A stretch of 64,000 nucleotides of DNA from Bacteroidota bacterium (GTDB lineage Bacteria; Bacteroidota; Bacteroidia; Bacteroidales; JAHJDW01), in NCBI GenBank assembly GCA_043800975.1, contig JAZDMK010000325.1, forward strand, positions 4,001 through 68,000, read 5' to 3'. Position numbers and translations under genes: made by a program. Below are positions 1 through 8,300 of this stretch, one piece after another (positions within the stretch are counted from its first letter, which is position 1; each line of letters opens with the position of its first letter). A model generated the notes under the pieces. It was not told the origin of the DNA and did not search any database. It saw only the letters and a program-made list of their open reading frames with translations.

Positions 1-1557
1 CGATTGGGTGAGCGCCTCTGCTTTGCTTTTAAGGATGGAAAGAAGTTGCATGGGAGCAATTGCCTGATCATTCTTTGGATTAGAAAATACATTCTTGTTT
101 TCATATCCGCGCGAGATAGCACAAACAGCCTGTTGATAATAGTTTAATGCATCCTCCGTTTTACCTGAAGCCAGAGCCAGATCACCCTGCAGTTGAAAGG
201 CCTCCGCAATCAAAGGATGTTTGTTGCCGAATTTTTTTGTTGCAATTTCTAATGCGAGAGAGGCATATTTATTTCCTTCTTCGTAACTTTTCAGATGCAG
301 TGAGATGCGCGCGCGGGTGAGGTGGGCGCGAGCGAGGGAGGAATGATCGGCCCCTAGATATTGAGTAATATTCTTAACAGAAAGGTTGTAATACCCGATG
401 GCTTTTGGGGGCTCGTTCAGTTTTAAATAGCATTCGGAAGCGAGGTTGTATGAGCTACCCAGAATTTGTTGATTTAATGGTTTTATTAATAAAATGCTTT
501 TTTCAATCAAAGATGACGCTTTTGAATACTCTCCAATTCTGATGTATGTTTCAGCAATACTATTATAGTAAATTGAAATGTTAGTAACTTCACTGGCAGC
601 ATTTCCTTGAATATGTTCTAATGCTTGATTGTAAAATAACAGGGCACTTTCATAATCACCACCAATAGAAGCCATAGAAGCTTTAGCGTAGTTCATACTA
701 GATAAAAGGTAATCGTCTTTAATTTTAAACTTTTTGCTTAAGCTTTCTGATTGGTTAAAATATTTTTGTGATTCAAGAAATAATCCCTGATCTTTTTTAA
801 TGTATCCAAAAGTCAGTAATGCCTGAGCGTATTCAGTTGTAAATTGATTCTCGTCCTTTTGATAAATGTTCAAACAAATATTTATACATGATTGAGCACT
901 TTCAAAATCATTAATTCTAAGATAAACACGTGCAAGATTTTTTAAAACATAGGCGTATGATATTGGCTTTGTATTTTTACATAAACTGTAACATAGCAAG
1001 GTATTTTTGTATGCTTTTATGGATTTTAAATACTCTCCAATAACATGATAATTGTATGCTGTATAAAGGTATGGATTTGATAGGAGCGAATCATTTTGTT
1101 TTAATTCTTTACATATCTGCACATACTTTAATAAAAAATCATTTGATTTCTCGAATTGCCCTTTGCCACAATAATAATAACCCTTTGCCAGATTGATCCT
1201 GTTTTCAAGTTTTTTGTTTTCCGGCAACTGTTTGCACTCATTTTCAGCCCTGACTAAAAACTCGTTTGCAAGTGTATAGTTTTTTAAATAAACATTGTTT
1301 TCAGAAATTGAAATGAGCGCGTTTATGTATAACTCTTTTTCACCGGCAATCCTATATATCTCACAGGCTTTTTCTAAATAAATTCGACTACTGTCGATAT
1401 TAAACTGATTATAATACTCTTGTGCTTTTGTAAAGTATGATTTTGCACGAAAATCATATTGAAATTTATGAAAAGGAGAAGTCAGGACATTACTTCTGCC
1501 CGGCAAAGCAGCCGCCAATAGGAAGTAGAGGAGAATAATTTTTAAAACCTTTTTCAC
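1..1557 (-). CDS. TPR-repeat protein with signal-like N-terminus; C-terminal part lies outside the window
   Basis: Minus-strand frame open from GTG at 1555-1557 to the window edge, absent from the track because it is truncated. My translation starts VKKVLKIILLYFLLAAALPG and continues with many ~34-aa A/Y/L-rich TPR-like repeats (AQEYYNQF, ALLFYNQALEH). An in-frame TAA lies 27 nt upstream of the GTG. Confidence 0.6.
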   Translation of the reverse strand, partial: MKKVLKIILLYFLLAAALPGRSNVLTSPFHKFQYDFRAKSYFTKAQEYYNQFNIDSSRIYLEKACEIYRIAGEKELYINALISISENNVYLKNYTLANEFLVRAENECKQLPENKKLENRINLAKGYYYCGKGQFEKSNDFLLKYVQICKELKQNDSLLSNPYLYTAYNYHVIGEYLKSIKAYKNTLLCYSLCKNTKPISYAYVLKNLARVYLRINDFESAQSCINICLNIYQKDENQFTTEYAQALLTFGYIKKDQGLFLESQKYFNQSESLSKKFKIKDDYLLSSMNYAKASMASIGGDYESALLFYNQALEHIQGNAASEVTNISIYYNSIAETYIRIGEYSKASSLIEKSILLIKPLNQQILGSSYNLASECYLKLNEPPKAIGYYNLSVKNITQYLGADHSSLARAHLTRARISLHLKSYEEGNKYASLALEIATKKFGNKHPLIAEAFQLQGDLALASGKTEDALNYYQQAVCAISRGYENKNVFSNPKNDQAIAPMQLLSILKSKAEALTQS

Positions 1558-1625
1558 AGAAAACCTACTTGAAACTTCTTGTTAAGTGAATTTTAAGGTA
1601 AAAACAAACAAATTTATTAAAAAAG

Positions 1626-1654
1626 CGGAACCTTTTCAAACCTTGGGGCATTAA
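1626..1654 (+). promoter_or_regulatory. Module P3 copy a: CGGAACCTTT-N8-GGGGCATTAA (ECF-promoter-like)
   Basis: One of three copies (also 16747, 21815). GGAAC-to-GGGG offset is 18 nt in all three. It lies 58 nt before the ATG at 1712. Confidence 0.4.
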
Positions 1655-1662
1655 TCTTTAAA

Positions 1663-1692
1663 AGCGAATGCCGAAAAGCTGAAAGAGTAGGC
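1663..1692 (+). promoter_or_regulatory. Module P2 copy a (divergent): AGCGAATGCCGAAAAGCTGAAAGAGTAGGC
   Basis: Matches the CAGCGGAAGCCGAAAAGCTG-N-GA-N-AGAGTAGGC core found at four other sites. It ends 19 nt before the ATG at 1712. Confidence 0.45.
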
Positions 1693-1711
1693 AATATTTA
1701 AACTGAACAAT

Positions 1712-1870
1712 ATGATTTACCTGAGAAAAAACAAAAAACAGAAAAAAAGCATTTCACAGAGCAGGTTTTATTCATTAAAGAAATCCGAGCTTAACAAAAT
1801 CAAAGGCGGTGATGGAGAAGAGCCCACACCTCCATTACCACCCCCTCCTCCTCCAAATCCAAAAGGCTGA
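1712..1870 (+). CDS. Double-glycine-leader peptide precursor (52 aa), proline-rich core
   Basis: Hand-translated ORF below the track size cutoff: MIYLRKNKKQKKSISQSRFYSLKKSELNKIKGG-DGEEPTPPLPPPPPPNPKG. The ELNKIKGG ending resembles bacteriocin/GG-motif precursor leaders. Conserved modules P3 and P2 sit upstream. Confidence 0.55.
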   Translation: MIYLRKNKKQKKSISQSRFYSLKKSELNKIKGGDGEEPTPPLPPPPPPNPKG

Positions 1871-1969
1871 AAAATATTTTTAATCAGCACAAGCCAATAC
1901 CAGCGCGACATTCTGCCTCTTCATGAGGAGCGGAGAGGCAGGATGTTGAAATTATTTTCATAAAAAACC

Positions 1970-1997
1970 TAACATTTTTTCGAGTTGTCGGATTAAG
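1970..1997 (+). promoter_or_regulatory. Module P1 copy a: TAACA-N14-CGGATTAAG, in front of the sigma-factor gene
   Basis: Same bipartite motif and identical 14-nt spacer as at 3661, 11777 and 16933. It ends 10 nt before the ATG at 2008. Confidence 0.45.
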
Positions 1998-2007
1998 TAT
2001 TTGGAGA

Positions 2008-2571
2008 ATGGATTATAGCGACCGGGAAATATTAAATGGTATCGCAGCAGGCGATAGCCGTGTGATTAAATATTGCTATGCCGTTTTTGGTCCTAAAATC
2101 CGTAAATTCATTAAACAACGGGGAGGAGATGAAAGTGAGGCCGAGGATATTTTTCAGGAGGCCATGCTGATTCTCTGGGAGAAGAAAATGGAAAGCCTCA
2201 GTTGTTCATTCAGTTCTTTCCTGCACGCAATTTGTAAGTTCATACTCTATCGAAAAATTGAAAAGAATGCAAAAATGACCTATATTAGTGACATGGATTA
2301 TCTGGCGATGGATAATGATATCGAATTCCAAATAGAAAAAGCCGAAAAGCTATGGCTTATCGAAAAGCATATCAGCAAGCTGGGGCCGTCCTGCAGAGAA
2401 ATTCTGAACCTTTATAACAAAGGATGCAGTCAGTCGGATATCGTGGATAAGTTTAAGCAAAGCGACAGCTACCTCAGGTTCAAACGTTCTGATTGCAAAA
2501 AGAAATTAATTGAAAGCATTAAATCAGATCCCCAATATTTAGAAATCATAAATAACAAATCATATGAATAA
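2008..2571 (+). CDS. Sigma-70 family (ECF-like) RNA polymerase sigma factor
   Basis: 187 aa. Region-2-like DIFQEAMLILWEK and a region-4-like HTH near the C-terminus (CREILNLYNKGCSQSDIVDKF). Overlaps the next gene by 8 nt. Confidence 0.75.
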   Translation: MDYSDREILNGIAAGDSRVIKYCYAVFGPKIRKFIKQRGGDESEAEDIFQEAMLILWEKKMESLSCSFSSFLHAICKFILYRKIEKNAKMTYISDMDYLAMDNDIEFQIEKAEKLWLIEKHISKLGPSCREILNLYNKGCSQSDIVDKFKQSDSYLRFKRSDCKKKLIESIKSDPQYLEIINNKSYE

Positions 2572-3304
2572 AGCGGAACAAATTGAAAAGTATCTGGCCG
2601 GTGAGCTGACCGAACAGGAAAGCGCTCAACTATTACGTGAGGCTGAAGCAGATCCGGAACTGAAGCAGGAAATTGAATTACGCAAAACAGTAAACGACCA
2701 TCTGGATAATCGCGAACGAAGAATCTTTATGGATACGCTCAAGAAAACCGGATCGGAATATCATGCCGAGCGCCGCTCGAAACAAAAAATGATATGGCGG
2801 ATAGCCGCTTCTCTCCTGATTCTGCTGGCTATTGGTGTTACATTAATTTACACCCTGGGAACAACGCCAAAAGAAAATGTAGCGGATCTGTATAATAAAT
2901 ATTACCAAAGGCCGGAAGCACTTTCTGTCAATCGAAGCAACAGCACGACTGCCGATCAGCACTTGACTGACGGAATGGAACAATACAGTATACAGCGTTT
3001 TTCACAGGCTGAAAAAACTTTTCTCAGCATACTGAAAACCGATTCGCTGAATCAGACGGCATTGTTCTACACAGCCAGCAGCATGATGGAGCTGGGAAAT
3101 ACAACCGGTGCACTCACTTATTTTCAAAAGCTTGAAAAACTTCCTTCGGGAATTTATTCTGCACAGACATTCTGGTATGAAGGCTTGTGTCTGCTAAAAT
3201 CGGGTGATAACAAAGGTGCCCGGAAATGTTTCGAAAAAGCAGGCGAATTTTCACGTTACAAAAAAGATGCTTCAGAAATACTGAAGGAAATGGGTGACGA
3301 GTGA
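2564..3304 (+). CDS. Putative anti-sigma factor: single-pass membrane protein with periplasmic TPR-like domain
   Basis: Translationally coupled to the sigma gene. N-terminus IEKYLAGELTEQE is typical of Bacteroidota anti-sigma/FecR-like proteins. TM segment IWRIAASLLILLAIGVTLIYTL, TPR-like C-terminal part. Confidence 0.55.
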   Translation: MNKAEQIEKYLAGELTEQESAQLLREAEADPELKQEIELRKTVNDHLDNRERRIFMDTLKKTGSEYHAERRSKQKMIWRIAASLLILLAIGVTLIYTLGTTPKENVADLYNKYYQRPEALSVNRSNSTTADQHLTDGMEQYSIQRFSQAEKTFLSILKTDSLNQTALFYTASSMMELGNTTGALTYFQKLEKLPSGIYSAQTFWYEGLCLLKSGDNKGARKCFEKAGEFSRYKKDASEILKEMGDE

Positions 3305-3504
3305 CGGGTGAGCCAGTTATCAGTAAACGGTAATCAGTGATCAGTTTTTTTACCACAGATAGCACAGATTTACACAGATAAGGGGCAGTGGCAGTTTCTG
3401 AAATTAAACAAGGATCGGCGAGGTGCGAAGTGAAATACTAAAGCAGTTACAGGTGACGAGTGACGGGTGAGCCAGTTATCAGTAAACGGTAATCAGTGAT
3501 CAGT
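3293..3504. repeat. Perfect 53-nt direct repeat (3293-3345 and 3452-3504)
   Basis: GGTGACGAGTGACGGGTGAGCCAGTTATCAGTAAACGGTAATCAGTGATCAGT occurs twice, 159 bp start to start. Copy 1 contains the last codons and the stop of CDS 2564..3304. Confidence 0.9.
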
Positions 3505-3660
3505 ATTCAGTAATCCCTTGACATAGGCAAAAGTATTCAGTCCGACGAGGCGGATCAGTTATGGGACAAAGTGACCTTGTCCAAATCATTTTGGCCAATT
3601 TTAATTAATTACAGATAAGCACTTTAACAAATTTCTTTCATTTTTTTTGCTTTAGGGTAA

Positions 3661-3689
3661 TAACATTTTGCCTTCGAATCTTATTAAGG
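3661..3689 (+). promoter_or_regulatory. Module P1 copy b: TAACA-N14-CTTATTAAGG (variant downstream half)
   Basis: Preceded by GGGTAA as in copies c and d, with the same spacer length. It lies 90 nt before the ATG at 3779. Confidence 0.4.
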
Positions 3690-3778
3690 CTTTTGTAAGG
3701 CGGGTTGATTTCAGTTTTACGGTTGAAACGGAATAAACCCTTAGTGCAAAAAAAGAATAAGGCCAAACAAAGTTTAAC

Positions 3779-5002
3779 ATGAATGAAATGAGCAAAGCGA
3801 AAAGCAAAGCACAACAGACCACAGTAACGGAAAATGCTATGTCTGCATTCCTTTTTGAGGAGAACCCTGCCGGGTTAATACGTGAAATGTATAAAAGCGT
3901 GAAAGGAATTGAAGATTGCAAAGTTTGTATACCTTTTACCCATAAGCCTTCCGACAACCTGTTTAGCGAGGGCTGCATGCATTGCATGTTTTCTGAAAAC
4001 CCGATGTTATACTCTTGCATACTCCGAGAAGGAAGTGAATTCAAGACACTGGTAATTTCTACAACATCGAAAAAATACGGGCACATTGTCTTGAAAATTA
4101 ATTCAGAATTTTCAATGAATACAATTCCTTTGCTTCAGCATCTGGCAAACACAGCTGCACTTGCATTAGAAAATCAGATACAGAAAAAAGTGTTTGAAAA
4201 AATGAATTTGAGCAGCAAGCAGTACAACGATAAGCTGATTGCGCAAAATAATGTAAAGGACAAATTGATTTCTATTATTGCCCACGATCTGAAAAGTCCG
4301 TTCACGGCATTGCATACTTCCTGCGAATTGTTAAGGCATCAGCTCTTCACTTTCGATGTGGAAAAAATAAAAAAGCATTCGGATACGATCTATTATTCTT
4401 CAAAAAATGCATACAAACTATTAAACGATTTGCTGAGTTGGTCGCGACTTCATTCGGGTCATATTAAAGTGAATAAAGATAAAATCAGCCTCTATGATAA
4501 GATACTGGAAATTCTTCAGGGACTGAAAGAAGCTGCCAGTGAGAAGGAAATTGAAATTGAAATAAAAATTAATGGAGACAGAGAAAGCGTTGGCTTTTTC
4601 GATAACTAAATGTTCAAGGCAATGATCCGGAACTTAGTGAACAATGCCATAAAATTCAGCTACCGGCAAGGAGTTGTGAGCATCTCGATCACAGATCAGA
4701 ATGAAAAGAATTATAAAATTTCTATAGCTGACAATGGGGTTGGTATAAGCAAAGAGAATCTTAAAAAATTGCTTGTGGGAGAAAATTTCCAGTCAACGCG
4801 GGGTACGATGGGAGAAAAAGGAAACGGAATGGGTTTGGTTTTGTGTAAAGATTTTGCAGAAAAAAACGATTCAGAAATTGTTGCTGAAAGTGTAGAATTA
4901 AAAGGCAGTGTTTTTAGTTTCTCTGTTGAAAAGTATACAGGGCAAAAGAAGCCGGGTTGTTACAAAAAAAAAGCGCAGGTAGCAGAACTACCAATTTCCT
5001 AA
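3779..5002 (+). pseudogene. Sensor histidine kinase interrupted by an in-frame TAA (or split DHp / catalytic-domain pair)
   Basis: ORFs 3779..4609 and 4610..5002 share one frame. The H-box IIAHDLKSP is in the first. The stop at 4607-4609 falls just before the N-box (FDN*MFKAMIRNLVNNAIKFS). The G-box GNGMGL is in the second. Confidence 0.6.
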
Positions 5003-5327
5003 ATAATCGTACAGTTAAAAAATAGTTTTATGAAAAATGCAATTCACAATTTAATTCATTTGTTTACTTTAAAAAAGGAACAAAGAAACTGGGCAGAGTT
5101 TCTGTTTTTTCTGGCCATTTTCATTTTCACCTTTGCGATGCTGGTGATAATAACATTATAGAATATAAATAATATGTAATTCCATTTAGATAAAGAATAA
5201 GTTTAAAAATTTTACCGCTTATAAACTCAAACCGACCGTTCGTAAACCTGAAGCTACCACTCATTACTAAACTAATTTTTATTAACATGATAAAAATAAT
5301 TTTGCAAACAAAAACCTAACTACTATT

Positions 5328-8300
5328 ATGAAAAAGCTAACATTTATTTTCAGCGTTGTTTTGCTAGTGTTCTGTTGTTCCTTTTTAAAAGCACAGACCA
5401 ACGCAACAGGAGTTGATCCGGGAAAAAAGAAAATTACCAGATTAAGTAACAAGGTGTATGATACCTATGGAAGGGAGTACACCATGGAAGATATAATCAT
5501 TAAGAAAAAACCCGGTGGCGTAAAGGCACAGGAAACAGCCGGAATTTTCAGGCTGGATTTTGTGGACGGAGGCGGAACGGGTTTCTATGATGGCACACTG
5601 GGGAATCAGAGAAGAGCCGTAGCACTGCAGGTTTATGAAGACCTTAGCGGCTTAATAGAACATGCGATGAGTCCCTATACAACGATTGGGGAACTCGGCA
5701 CAACCCGTTTTGTAGAAATTCGGGTTTCTTCCATTGAAAATGCTTCAGACCCAATGCTGGGAATGGCAGGTCAGTTTTTTCCCGAATGGTCATTGGGAAT
5801 ATCACAAGGAACTGTTTGGCAAACACTCAATTCAGGAATTGATTTCTGGACGGGAATTGACGCATCCAATTTCGGGAATTTTGAATTTTACCATGGAACA
5901 CTTGAAATCAACTGGGGGAAGCCCATTTTCATCTGGGATGACCCTTATGGAGTCCCGGCGATGACGGCTGGTGAATATGATTTATACACGATTATATTAC
6001 ATGAGGCCATCCATCAGCTTGGTTTTGGCAGTTTAATTACTGGAAACGGAAACAGTTATATAACCGGCACTAATCCTGGTATTTATTCACTTTATGACAC
6101 TTACCTCACCGATGAGACAACAGGCAATCCTCTTGTAACATGGAACAGTAGCTATAATGCAACATTCAACACAGCCTATCTGGGGAACCTTACTTCATCT
6201 TGTTCAATTCAATTTGACGGTATTAACCCAACTTTTGTAACATCGCCAAATGTTTTTAACAGCGCATCCAGTCTGAGTCATTTTCCTACGTCTAACTGCG
6301 GAAACCCGAACATCTACCTGATGAACCCAAGCCTGACAGGAGGACCCGGCGGATTGCATCGCTTTTTGGATAACTCCGAAGTAACGGCATTATGTGATTT
6401 GCATTATGAAACAACCGGCGTTTTTCCGGGTCAGCCAGCACAACCTGTTTGTGGAACCCGTGTGGCAGGTGTGAATGACAACTGTGAATTTGTAGGTACA
6501 TTTGGAAACCCGGGAACTCCCGGAGTAAATTTTGCAACCGCACATGATGTTGACTTTACATTCAACTCTACCACCCTTTTAGCCAACGATGAAAATGCAA
6601 ACTGGTATGATGATCTGGAAGTAATGAACAGCTCAGGTACTCTGACAGGACTTACTTCGGGTGGGACAGGGAATACAATTGCGTTTAATCCGAATTCAAA
6701 TTTTGAAGGTGTCGCTATTCTAAGGTATGTACCGCGTGAAAGTGAGTTTGGACAAAGAGGTAATTATACGTATGTCTTCATAACAGTAATGCCTCCCGAT
6801 GTAATTTTACCAGCCTGTAATGCAACTGGTGAATGCGGTGAAAATTTGATTTGTCATGGTGACATTGAAGACATTCCTGCAATTATTGGGGGTAATCCAA
6901 ATCTTTCAGGAAGGCCGCTTTCGGATGCAGGAATTAATAACCTGCCTGCTACTAATTCCCCAGATCTTTTTCCAGTTTCAGGAATCGCCTATTTTAATCC
7001 AATTTTTTACTGTGGAAATGATCCTGGAGGCATAGTTCCTCCTCATGCCTTCTTAGGAGCAAATGTGCAGTACATGGGCCTTGGGAATCATCAGTCCAAT
7101 CGCGAAATCATTTATTTTCCGTTAAAATCTCCCTTAATAATTGGACAGTCATACAGCCTTAGCTTTTATGCTTATGGGGGTTGTGATGTGAATGTTCAGT
7201 TTCTTTTTAGTGAGAATCCCCCGTGCGGAGCCGATATGATTGATCCAACAGTTGGCAATACTACAGTTTGTGGTGGAGGTGGAAATTATACACCTGTTCA
7301 ATCTGAGATTTTACCAATTGATGTTCCAATACCAATGACGTGGACACTGTATCCACAGAATGTTATAATTAATCAACCAAACATCAATTATGTTGCGGTA
7401 ACGGTTATTCCTAACCCCAATAATGCGGGTGCATCAGAATACACCCTCTTTGACGACTTCTCTCTGGTAGCTATCAATCAAACAGAACTTACAACCACGC
7501 TTACCCAATCCGTTAATTCAGCATGCCCCGGAGAAAATGTTCAATATACGATTGAAGTATGTAACAATTCGGGCAACGATGCCGTTGATGTCAACATTAC
7601 TGATAATCTGCCTTCCGGTCTCACATTTCAGCCGGGTGGTACTTTTACATATCCTGTTACAAATATTCCTTTACTTGTGAATGGAGATTGTCAGGTGTTT
7701 ACACTCAATGCGCAGGTAAATTCAACATTGGGACCCTTGACAAATAATGTTCAACTGACGAGCGGTGGTTGCAATAGTACCCTAAGTTCTACTTCTGTTT
7801 CACTGGATATAGTGACCCAATCTTTATCACTTTCATCATCAACCAGTGCAAGTGTTGTTTGCCCGGGAACCACAATTCCGTATTCTATAGAGGTGTGTAA
7901 TCCAGAAGCAACCCCTGTAAACGGAATCGGATTACAAACAACGATCCCTGCTGGTTTTGCAGCAGTACCAGGTTCAGGGTATACCGTAACTCCAACCACG
8001 GTTACTTGGGATCCTTTTACACTGAACGGAGGTACTATCACAAACCCGGCATGTACAACCTTAGTAGTTCCGATAACTGTTAATGCAGCAACAGGCAATA
8101 TATGCACTGAAATTGTTTCAGGAGTTATACCTTGTAATAACAGCGAAACCTGCGTAACGGTTTCTTCAAATTATTGCAGTGCAACCCCCAGCATTACAAT
8201 TCCCAATGGGGCATTTTCAACAGCATTCCCTTTTATTGCGGAAGGAACACTTGTTGAAGTACTGGGTACATACAACATCAATTCCGATGTTACATACAGC

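Noticed and set aside
3652-4086. Minus-strand ORF 3652..4086 (144 aa).
   Set aside because: It is antisense to the start of the histidine-kinase gene, overlaps P1 copy b, and has no recognisable features.
5030-5161. 43-codon ORF MKNAIHNLIHLFTLKKEQRNWAEFLFFLAIFIFTFAMLVIITL between the kinase and the giant gene.
   Set aside because: It has a plausible TM segment, but there is no conserved module, motif or coupling to support it. It is too short to call from sequence alone.
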